A stretch of DNA of 64,000 bases from contig DF237386.1 of NCBI GenBank assembly GCA_000708835.1, positions 1 to 64,000 on the forward strand. The letters are read 5' to 3'. The first letter of the stretch is position 1. Each line of letters opens with the position of its first letter. Origin of the DNA: Klebsormidium nitens. Taxonomy: Eukaryota > Plantae > Klebsormidiophyceae. A program made the translations under genes and the position numbers. Below the pieces are notes generated by a model. The model saw only the letters and a list, made by a program, of their open reading frames with translations, was not told where the DNA came from and did not search any database. This document shows positions 13,323 through 24,400 of the stretch, in pieces.

Positions 13323-16262
13323 ATGTTCACGGCAAGGAGGAAGATCCAGAAGGAGAAGGGCCAGGAGCCCGATGAGTTTGAGGAGTCGGTGGCCCAGGTA
13401 AGCCGCTGGATGCAACACATGTGTTCCTTGTCAGGACGCTTGGTTTTTGCTGTTGTAGGATACTTATGGTTGTAAGGGTTGACGGAGAAGAGCAGTGGGC
13501 AAACAGGCACGTGCAAGAGCGACCTTTTGCGGAATGCACCGACAGAGTTTGCATTGAAGGTTTGTCCTTCAAAGAATTTGTTTTGGTGAATGCATGGTCT
13601 GTGTCGGGAAGCAAATGATCACCTGTTTAGATGCGGAACGAGTATTTGTAGTGGTGTTGGTTATTACCACCAGCCAGCCCTTGTGTTGTATGTATGCTGG
13701 AGGACAAAATGTTTTGCTTTTGTGTGACGTTTCATAGGAGTCGATCGTTGTTGGGGTGGCGCAAGTGTTGTATCCTCGGAAATGATGAGAAACTGTCGCT
13801 CTCTACCAAGGGCTTGCTTACGCAAGTCGCTGCGGATTTCGACAATTTGCACGTCAGTCTGATCCATTGGAGCAACCATATTTTGAATGACGTTTCATAG
13901 GAGTTGAGTGTTGTTGGGGTGGCGCAAGTGTTGTATCCACGGAATGATGAGAACTGTCGCTCTCTACCAAGGGCTTGCTCACGCAAGTCGCTGCGGATCT
14001 CGACAATTTGCACGTCAGTCTGATCCATTGGAGCAACCATATTCTGAGTTTGTATTCTGAACCAGAAGTTGACTTTTCAACCTTCTCTTTATTTCGGAAC
14101 GGCTTTTCTCAAGTTGCAAGAGTTGAAGGGGGTTTTTTGGTTTCCCTTGCACAGGACCTTGTTTTTCCTGTCAAGTTGGTTGTCAGGTACGGGTGCTATG
14201 CCAGTTAAGGGATTTGGGATTAAACCGTTCCATTCTTCTTGGTGTGCCCCTACCCTCGACCACATGCTAAGCACATTCGAACGGTGTGAAGTGGTTCTTA
14301 GCCCGCCTCACTGCCTTTGCAAGTGTGCGAGATTCCAACAAGCTAAGCTTCATAAATTACATTAGAGATCGTGGATTTGGTTGCAAGCCGCAGCTTGCAA
14401 TTGCACTTGAGCCTGGTTGCACGACTGTTGCGATGTGCCTGATTAACATTCAAGAAAAGCAGGTGAAGAAAGTGTGGGGCTTAAAATTCACGGCCTACAC
14501 TGTTGGAGCAAATCATAAGGGTCAGGAAGAGAGAGGTTATTGAGTCTCCAAAGGGCATCACAGGAGTGGTTTGAAAGCTTTGTAAACCTCCACACGTATT
14601 TCATATGTACCTGCACTGGAAATGCTGCAAAACCGACTTCAAGCCGCCTCAATGGGTTGTTAGAGTCCACGAAGGACTCCTTTCTGTCCCGACAACCTTT
14701 TCCTCGTTGTGAAGCAGAGTTTTCATTCCTCTTAGGCCCTGTTCGATTTGGAGGCGATCAATGATGAGCTCAACATTAGCCTGGATGATCAAATTGCTGG
14801 CACTTTTGAACATTCTGACAGCCGGTTTTCCCGTACACTTTTGCTTTCCCTGGCTTGGTGTGAAGGGCAGTGTCAATATTTCCAGGCCCTGTTCGACCTG
14901 GAGGCGACCAACCAGGAGCATAAGGCCGACCTAAAAGACCAGGCGGAATTGCTGACACTTGGTTCCACACAGCTTTCCATGCAATTTGATAGGTACCCTG
15001 TTCTGAAGCATAGTGTCAATATTTCCAGGCCCTGTTCGACCTGGAGGCGACCAACCAGGAGCTGAAGGCCGACCTGAAGGACCTGTACATCAACACCGCG
15101 CGCGAGATCGACATCACGAGCCAGCGCAAGGCCATCATCATCCACGTGCCCTACCGCCTCCTCAAGGCCTACCACAAGATCCACGCCAGGCTCGTACGGG
15201 AGCTGGAGAAGAAGTTCAGCGGCAAGGTGAGGGGTTCGGGTCCATGCTTTTTTAAGGCTTTGATTTTGTGGATACAGCTCTTTATGTCAATCGCCTTGCT
15301 GATTATAATACTCGTTCCTCAAGATCCAGGCCAGGGCTGTGGGGGAGCTTGATAAGAATTTAGTGGCAAGGTGAAGGGTTCGAGTTACATGAAATTCAAG
15401 GGGTCCGGCGCCCTCGGGCTCCAGAAATATAGAGCTTAGGAGCCCAATGGGCTTCCCGTTTCTAGGAGGCGCATGGCAAGAGGCACGTTAGGTTTGTGCG
15501 GGAGCTTGAGAGAAAGTTTTAGCAGAACGGATGTTCTTATCTGCATTACCAACGTGGAGTGATGTTCTTCTCGAGTCCCTGGTGTCTGAACAGTCATCGG
15601 CGTAGCCTGGATAACAGGTCGATAGGAACTCTCCTTATACGCTACGAGCGGCCGTGGCTGTGCTGCGGAGCTAGAAGCCGTCTTCACGACTCTGTCTGCA
15701 GGATGTTGTGTTGGTGGGCACCCGGCGAATCATGAAACCCCCGAAGAAGGGCTCCTCCGCGACGCGCCCCCGCAGCCGCACCCTGACGTCCGTCCACGAA
15801 CAGATCCTGGAGGACCTGGTCTACCCCACCGAGATCGTCGGCAAGCGGATCCGATACCGCCTAGACGGCACCCGCCTCCTCAAGGTACTACATTTGAGGT
15901 CCTAGAGCTGAAGGGCTAGGTCTTTTTTGTTCTCGGGTCTTGGAACTGTGAATGTCTTAGATTGTTTGCTACTTTAAAAGGCCTTGTTGTGCGTTCCGTT
16001 TGCATTTAGTATGCCCAAAGAGTAGGTCGGTGGTTCTGTCTACTCGCTAAATTTGAAGTTTCCCGCCCATGCATCCGATCAGCAACTTCTGTAGAGCTTG
16101 TTGCTGAATCACGCTCTTCGATTGCAGGTCTACTTGGACCCCAAGGAGCGGAACACGACGGAGTACAAACTAGAGACTTTCGGGGGGGTGTACAAGAAGC
16201 TTACTGGAAAGGAGGTTACCTTTGAGTACCCCCCTGAGCAGCAGCAATCCACTGTTGCCTAG
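13323..16262 (+). CDS. RPS7: 40S ribosomal protein S7 (eS7), 4 coding exons, 196 aa
   Basis: Exons 13323-13397, 15029-15226, 15702-15884, 16128-16262 translate [187 protein letters not shown]. This is the recognisable eS7 sequence. Confidence 0.97.
13778..13865 (+). ncRNA. Intronic box C/D snoRNA, copy 1
   Basis: Terminal stem gga/tcc, box C ATGATGA (13782-13788), box D CTGA (13859-13862). The 14 nt ATTTGCACGTCAGT immediately 5' of box D are complementary to the conserved LSU rRNA motif ACUGACGUGCAAAU. Sense orientation in a ribosomal-protein intron. Confidence 0.85.
13941..14026 (+). ncRNA. Intronic box C/D snoRNA, copy 2 (tandem duplicate)
   Basis: gga-ATGATGA (13944-13950)...ATTTGCACGTCAGT-CTGA (14020-14023)-tcc; near-identical to copy 1, offset 161 bp. 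Confidence 0.85.
14725..15028 (+). repeat. Two decayed tandem copies of the RPS7 exon-2 acceptor and exon start
   Basis: cttag|GCCCTGTTCGATTTGGAGGCGATCAAT (14736) and ttccag|GCCCTGTTCGACCTGGAGGCGACCAACCAGGAGCATAAGGCCGACCT (14886), versus the true exon at 15029. Confidence 0.9.
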
Positions 16263-16701
16263 GTCGTTGCGCATCTTTGCTGGAACAGTTTTCGACCTGG
16301 ATTCTTGCCGGGTGTTTGAGTCATGTGGATTTAAAGCCGGTGCTCTTCTTCGATGTCATTGCATCTGCGGTTGGATGTTGGGCGCGGCAAGTAGACCGGA
16401 TGAGGCCGGGCTCTGGGGCGGAATTAAGCTACTTCTTCCTATGCCAATGCTTTCTACATGTGTGCGTCTAGTGATGGCATGCATGAAAGGTGAGTTCGAT
16501 CACCTGCAGATTGCAACATCGTGCAAGTTATGGTTTATAAGCCGATGCAAATATACCGTCAAGTACACTCTGTTCTATAAAGGCTTGAATCCCAAGAGTG
16601 TACTTTTCCATTCATTGGGTCACTGCCGGAGTACGTTTGTAGAGCAAAAGGGCCGGCCTCTTCTCGACCAACATGGACCCATGAGACATCATGTCAAAAA
16701 C

Positions 16702-17150
16702 CCCTGGCGACAGTATTCATGCATAGAAGCTGATAGCAATGTTCGTGGCGAAACTAGTTCTTTTCGCCAATTTGATTTTCGCCAGATTTTCGCCATTTAG
16801 TGTCTGGGAAGGGAATTTCGCCGGCCTGGCGAAAATCATCAGGCCGTCAGCCAGTTCTTACATGCTCGGGTGCTCCCACCCGCTTTGACGAATCTGAACC
16901 CTGCTCAGAACCCCGTACTTTACCTTTGCCTGCACATTGTCAATTGACTCTCCGCGGAGACAACGAAAAAACTTGGTCGGTACAAGAATTTCTGGTGCCG
17001 GGACACTCTACCGGCCACAAGTGCCGCTGGGATTTTCGCCATTAGTGTCATTTTCGCCAATTAGTGTCTGGGAGCTCCTATTTAGTGTAATCCAAGATTT
17101 ATTTTCGCCACGATCACTGGCTGATAGCTCCAAGAGCCAGTCAGCCAGGG
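16702..17150. mobile_element. Possible non-autonomous DNA transposon (MITE-like) with clustered TTTTCGCCA subterminal motifs
   Basis: Imperfect short inverted termini CCCTGGC(GAC)...(GTCA)GCCAGGG; nine (T)TTTCGCC(A)/TGGCGAAA motifs in two clusters (16746-16835 and 17033-17110); ttagtgtctggga repeated at both ends. No clear TSD. Confidence 0.45.
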
Positions 17151-18424
17151 TCTCAGAGGTCACTGACCTCGCAAAGCGTGGGGCGGCCGCCGTCCCCCAC
17201 GGTCCGACAGGCAGGGCGGCCCGCTCACACTAGCACCGAAACTGCGCGGCCGGCCGGCTCCATGACCTTGTGGCTATCGGCACTCTTCATCTCATCGGAC
17301 GGTACTTACTCACCAAAACAATGTGCGCGCGCGTTACAAAATTGTTTGGTACGAGCAGCGAGATATTGCCTGCTGACCATGTCGAATCCTGCACCGAACT
17401 ATATTAGGGCCACGGCCAACAGTACTTTGGACGGCTGGTTACAGCCTGACAGTCTGACAAGTTTCCAAAAGGTACATGCATTGCTCGGAAATTGCTGGAA
17501 CTTGCAAGTAGTCCTATTTTCAATGTCAGGTTGAGATAGAGCCTACCTAGTTCCAGTGAATGACATGTCCTCGAAAGCCCGGCCTCTCAAGAGTCAAAAT
17601 TTACAACAGTGGGTCAGCAGTACTGTCGGACTGGTACGTCAGCAGCGGACTCGGTTCGGGCCGGCTGCGCTTCAGTGTCTGCTTCTGACACGTGCTGTCA
17701 ACATGAAAGACGCTCTCATCAAGGTCACCATTGCGGCAGGCTCTGAAAAGTCAGTCCAGCTTAGTAGATTAGAAACGGGGCGAAGCACAATAAAACTCGT
17801 TAATCGCCAGCTCTAAAAGAGCTCTCCTACTTTCAAGCTGCGATTGCATGAGGTGCACTCTTTCTCCGTTTGCCTGCCTACAGCCGCAGGCAAGGAACCG
17901 GAAAAGGAGCTCGATTCTGGAGCTGCTCAGATTCTCTCGGAATCCAGCTTGATCACGACGGATCAAAAACTTGGAACAGGGTAAACTGCTCAAGAGAAAG
18001 CGGGAGATTGTCCTGAGATTGTAGCTCAACAAGAAAGGGCTAAAAGTAAACATGCTACAACGTTGATGGCCCCTCGCAGAATGAGAAGTCTCACATGGTC
18101 TACTGATTAAGGGGCGGGCATGCTTCTGGCAAAAGGTGGCTGTGACAAGTTGAGCCGCCAGGATTGTGCACATTGGTCCATGTACTGCTTCAGGCCATCA
18201 GCTTATCAAACGGTTCGCAGTTAAAGCATTGACTTGCAGGACGAATTGTTTTGCCTACGGGACATCGGTTTGCTACAATTGAGTGGGGATGGTGCAACAG
18301 TAGCTCAAAGTGCGACTTTCACGAGAGAAATCTCGCTTGTGAGAGACTTGATTCGGAAACAAGTAGGGGGGTGCATCCTGAGCTTGATGTTCACCCCCCT
18401 GAACAGGAATGCTAGGGTCTCTTG

Positions 18425-21400
18425 ATGGAAGAACCCCTGCCCGGGGCTTTCCACCGGGACATTGCTGACGGGGACCAAAGACTTCTGGATGAGCTGGAGA
18501 GCCTGCGGAAAGAGAACCTGCTGTATGCAGAAAAGCTCAGCAAGTGAGTGATACCTCCTCAAGTTCACATGGCAGATGAGTATCCAGTGGTGACCCGCTG
18601 TCTCCTATACCTGCATGGCTCTCTTCATGCATTCAGCACCACCTGAGTACCTTTAGTGTCCATCCTTTCGTCCATTGTACAGCAATTTACCATGCCTGAC
18701 TGGCCACTTTGACAGCTCGGAAAGCGAGTCAAAACTCCGCGCTTGTGGATTTGACTTTTGGGTATAGCAGATGATGAAGAAGCAGGAGTGGGAAGGAGAT
18801 AGCTTGGGCATGCTTTGGCATAGGCGGCTCCACTTCTGCACGAAGGCCTGCCTAGCTTCCTCCAGCATGTCGACTGCACATGACCAGCAGTTTGCACCAA
18901 CAACTCTTCGATCCTCTGAAAGCAAACAGCCTTCACAAGTATCTAGCCTGCTCTTGCACATTGTTCAACAATACAACGTTTCAACTAAGAAAGAAGAGGG
19001 GGAGATAGGTAAAATGTCATATGAATTAGAGGCATTAAAGCCTGGCCGACTGAATCAGAGTCATTACCACCTTTTAGCAGCTGCTGGATACCACTGATCT
19101 GAAGCAGTCGACATAGCTGCAAGCACGTGTATTGTCTCTGGTTTATGGTTGTTGAGTCAGCTGCATTATGCACCTCCCATCCCAATCCTTTCGTTCAAGA
19201 TATCTGATCACTGTGCCCATTTTACCACTTATAAAGTCCGCGCTACACCTACAGCTTCCTATAGCAGCAAATAGCCAGCAGAAAGCAAGCCCTTGTCAAT
19301 CTGCAACCTGGCGGCAGAGTGTTACGAAGCTGTTCCTAGCAAAGTGAAAGATCCCCAATGTTCCACACCTTTCAGACCCTTGACATGTTCACACCAACTT
19401 TGCAGGGTCAACTCTGAGAACGTAGCGCTCTGGGACCAGGTCGCCACCCTCAAGCGCATCCTGCTAGAGAACCGCATTCCCTTTGCCCCTCGCACCGCAA
19501 ACGGTGCTTCCAAAGCCTTCCAAATCCCCTCCCGCCGCAACAGCAACGATGGAGGCAGAATCTCCGATACTACTGCATCTCGACGGGAGAGCCTGTCGTC
19601 GCGCGAGAGCCGGTTGTCGGTCAGCAGCGGGGGGACGGAACGGGCAGAGGAGTTGTCCCCCCAGAGCGGCGGCGCCAAGGATCCGGGGCAGTTCCCCCCG
19701 ATCAGAAAAGCGCCAAATAAGGAGCTCACTTTTTCAATGGGGGACCTGTCACCGATTGGGGAGCTGACTCCGTCGGGAACCCCGCTGCCGGGGGGGGTAC
19801 CAAAAGAGTCTCCTCCTGCGGGGGTCACCAAAAGCAGGCTGCCGAGGCCCCAGGAGGGGGGGCATTCATCTGCTGCCAGCACGCCTAACGGACACCCCCC
19901 ACAAGACTCACCGGGGAGCTCTTCCGATGCAGCGGGGAAGGGGCGGACGTCTTCTTGGAAAGGATTCCAGGTCAGAGGCAGCGCAAAGATTCATCCTTTG
20001 GGGGGGGATGAGGAGGTGGCTGCGTCAACAAGGGAGGGCCGGGGGGTAGAGCAGCATGTTTCTCACACTTCGGGGGGATCGAGATTGCTGGGTTTGCGGA
20101 GGGGAACGAAGTCGAAGCTCAACTTCAAGGAGCTTTGGCGAAGGGCGGCGCACACGGTGGTCAGGAACAAGCAGATGGGAAAGACCGCAGTGAAGTGGAC
20201 GGTGAGGATTCCTTTGCTTCGGCCTCTTTCCCAGCTTCTAGGTCGTTGGCAGAATCGTGGACAAGTGGTCTGCCTCTTTAACGGGCAGCCAAACGGGTCT
20301 CCAATCGATGCAACAGCTCCATGCAACTCAGCCAACGTGGCTTGCAAACCGCGAGGCTCTACTCCCGTCTCGAGTTGTTTTGATCGATGCCCCAAGGAGG
20401 CCCAGTCTTTGCAGCTCAGCCAATTCCGACGCTGTGGCGTCCGACTCCCCGTAGCCATCTTTGCTAGCTTCTTCTCCCACCCTCCCTTAGACAGCAATTT
20501 TCCTAACCAGACAAGATTTGTCGGGACACCCAGGCTTCTACCCGTAGGTTGCTAGAAAACTTCCTTATCTTGCTGGCCACCACGATTTATTTCGGTAGGA
20601 TCTTCTCCGCATGATGGCGGCTATAGAACATTCTTAGAGGTGAGTAGTTTGAATGCTTTTGACGAGAAGGAATGGTGATCGATTGGTCGCCTATACGGGG
20701 CTTCCGGGCAGGGTCCAACATCAGATGCGAACGTCCTTCCCCAGACACGAAGTGAGCCACTTGTAGATCCACCGAACGTGCTACGGTTCCGTTCTTCACT
20801 TTCCTTTCCGCTCTGTCATTCCGCTGCAGATCGTCATCGACCAGGTCAAGGCACAGCAGAACACTTACTTGGCGTCCCTCCTGCGACCAGTTTCGGCGGA
20901 CGGGCGGTTTCGAAAGTCCTGGGACCTCTTGCTGACGGTGGGTCTCTTCAGAAACGTCGGTTATTCTACTTCTTCCAATTTGAGCTTACCAGTTGAGTCC
21001 ATTCAGTCGAGGGCTACAACTCGGTCTACTTGAGCATTGCGACGGTTTCATCCGATCGTGCGCTACGCACACAGCTGTCGTTTTCAACACTTTAAAAGAC
21101 CGCCTTGTGAACGTCACAACAAACTGTCGGTCCCTCATGAGTTTCATAGCCCTATACCCCGGAGATGAGCGCTGAATCTGTGTGGTTATTTCCAGCACCG
21201 TCAGTATGGTGTTGTCGAGCAATGGTTAAGTATATTTTCTCGAGCACTGATTTGATGCTTTTCTTGAGCCCGCAGATTTTCTCTGGTCTACATCGTGATT
21301 GTCGTGCACTACACGGTCGCGTTAACATTTTAAAACACAAATTTTTGAACGAACCAACGAAGAAACGACTGTAAGTATCCTCGGTTTCTCAAACCTCGGG

Positions 21401-24400
21401 GGTGCTAGGTTGTGTTTTCCTCGAGTCCCGCAGGTTTGTCTAGTGTACATTGTTATCGTCGTGTTCTACACGGTCGCCTTCAACAACTCACTAGACAAGG
21501 TCGCGACCTAACAAAGATAGTCACTTTAAGAACCTCAAACTACGGAGGTGCTAAGAGTTCCGAGCTTCTCGATTCTCGCGAATTTGTCTAGTCTACATCG
21601 TGATCGTCGTTCCCTACACGGTCGCCTTCAACACTCAACAAAGAAAGTTATAAACATATCAATTAACAAAGAATCGAGTCCAGATCTCCTCACTTCCAGA
21701 ATGTTGAACCTCAGAGGTGCTCAGATTGTACCTCAGAGGTACTAAGAAATGATTGTTTTCGGGTCTCGCAGGTTGGTCTCGTCTACATTGTGATCGTGGT
21801 CCCCTACACGGTTGCCTTCAACATCTCAAAAAGCAAAGCGACGAACATGTCAATGAAAAACGAATCGCACATCTCCTGTTTTAGAACCTCAGACTCCCGA
21901 TCGGATTCTAAAAATGTGACCTTCGCGAGTCTCGCAGGTTTGTCTAGTCTACATCGTGATCGTGGTCCCGTACACGGTCGCGTTCAACATCTCAAGCGAT
22001 CACAGAGACCAGCCCGGGCTGTACGCGATCAACTGGATACTCGACGTCGTCTTTTTCCTAGACATACTAGTCAACTTCCGGTCGACCTATACAACCGGTC
22101 GAGGGAAGGAGGTGCGCGACCAGAAGAAGATCGCGGTGCACTACCTCAAGACGTGGTTCGTGCTGGACGCGATCTCGGTGAGTGAATCTGCCTTCGTTTC
22201 CGTTCTTTGATCCGTTTCCGTTTCCGTTTCCGTTTCCGTTTCCATTTCGTTGTTGTTTCTGATTGTTGTTTCCGTTATGTTTCCGGCCCGTCGGGGTTTC
22301 TCTTCCCATCTGGTCTTTCTGGCTCCCCAATCTGTCCATCTGTCCTATTCCATGTTGTCAGAAGGGCGTTCTACAATCGTCTGCTTCCATTTCCTGATGC
22401 CGCCTTGCGAGACACCTTTTCTGGATTGTTGCGGCATCGTAACGAACTCGTCATTCCCATAAGCGACCCAATGAGCCCGCCTGTCAGAATGGTTGATGCT
22501 CCTGTCGTTTCTGAGAACTGGTGAGCAGACAGAGAAGCAGTGCGGTAGTTGGCTTTGCGCGGAACTGAATGGCCATACGCAAAGCTGTCAACTCAGTGAA
22601 GATCCACTCCAACTCGCCATTGGAACGACGAGCCACAGCAAGGCGTGAACCGAACAGCCGCATCTTATAGGGTAACTTGCTTCGCTCCAAATTTGTGCCA
22701 CTCATGTCCTGAAAACGGCAGTCGAAAGCGGGCCGCGGACTCATATTGTGACCTAAGTGCGGGCTTTCGTTCGCAGGTGATGCCGCTCGCTTTCATGGTG
22801 CCGAGCAACAGCGCAAACCACAACCTGCAACGGCTGCCGCTGCTGCTCAAGATATTCCGCCTGAACAAGCTCGTCAAACTGGTGAGCTTCTCACCCAATC
22901 TGCAACTAGAATGTCCTCCCCCGTGAAACTTTTCCGTTAAAGGGTTTGGGATAGCGTCAGTTGTTTCGTTTCGAAGCGCGGGGAATTTGCTGCGTTCAAT
23001 AGGGGGGTTAGTTGGCTAATTCGACGTCGGTCAACCCGGTCCACCCGGTAAAGGTTTCGGCGAAGAGGATCAAAAGGAAAAAAGCCTTACCGTTTTGAAA
23101 AATGTAACGTCAACAAAGGAGGCAAAACCAATCTTCTCCTCCTTCGCCTCTGCGTCACACTGATTCACCCAGCTTGATTTTCCGTCTTGCCACAGTGCAA
23201 TCATCCTGTTTCATACCGACGGAACGGGATGATCAAGCTTGTGTAATCTGGATCTCTTGTAGGGTTTAGTCTCCGTTAAATCGAGGGCGACGCAATGCAG
23301 ACTCTTTCGATGCAAAAGTGCAATAAATGTAGACCAGCTACCGCTTGACAACGTGAGCTGTCGTCCCCTGTGGGTGTTGATGTGAAAAAAAGCACTTCTG
23401 CTCCCAGTTGCGGGTGCTGCGGCTGAGTTAGACGTTCGAGGCGCTGGAGAACCACGTGCCCGCCGGGCTGCTTACTCTGCCATCCCGCACTGCAAAAGCC
23501 GCTTTGAATTCTCTTTCGCGTAACTTATCAACGTCGAACCTCCCAGTTGCGGGTGCGGCGCCTGAGTTCGACGTTCGAGGCGCTGGAACCACGTGCCGCA
23601 CGGGCTGCTTACTCTGATCATCCCGCACTGCAAAAGCCGCTTTGAATTCCCTTTCGCGTAACTTATTAACGTCGAATCTGCTCCCAGTTGCGGGTGCTGC
23701 GGCTGAGTTCGACGTTCGAGGCGCTGGAGAACCACGTGCCACACGGGCTGCTGACGATCATCAAGTTCTTCATGCTAATGGTTGTTATCGGCCACGTCAC
23801 CGCGTGCCTCTTCTACTTCATGGCTGTCGTCGACAATCTGAACCCCAGGTCCTGGCCTGCTGAGGTAAGGATTCTTTCTTCTTGATTATTGTCTAGATTC
23901 GAGTTACTAAGTCCTCTGGGGCGCTTGAACTGCGTTGAAGCTCAGGAGGGAACGAGACTTCGCGCTGTTTCTGCTTCAAGGCTGTCGGCAATAACCTGAT
24001 TCCAAGTCATGGCCGGCTCAGGTGGGCCAACTTTATCACTACAATCTCCTAGCTTGCAAATTTTTGGGGCGATCGCTCTGCGTCTTGCACCTGTAATATG
24101 AGCTCAGGAGGGAGCCTGCCGGCAGCCTTCTTTATAGCTTATAGGCTTTGGTGAACGGGAACCTCAAGAGCTGAGGGACTACTTGACGTGTGAAATTCGT
24201 CCAGCGGTGAAGGTAACTTTGGGTTTTGAGATACTTTGGGAGAGGTACAAACAAGAACGTGAAAAGAGGATGCATTTTTGTTCGTGCCTCTTCCAAGAAC
24301 GTGAAATGAGGGGGGCATCCGTATTGACTTCCGAAAGCAAAGACGGATTCGGTAAGGTTGACCGCGCTCAGAGGAGGCCACAACGTGATATTTGAGAATT

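Noticed and set aside
13500-13620. Imperfect hairpin in RPS7 intron 1 as a possible H/ACA RNA
   Set aside because: No convincing H or ACA boxes or pseudouridylation pocket.
16222-16800. 192-aa ORF overlapping the RPS7 stop
   Set aside because: Runs through the RPS7 3' UTR and a repeat; no recognisable domain.
19322-19882. 186-aa minus-strand ORF
   Set aside because: Antisense shadow of GC-rich channel exon 2.
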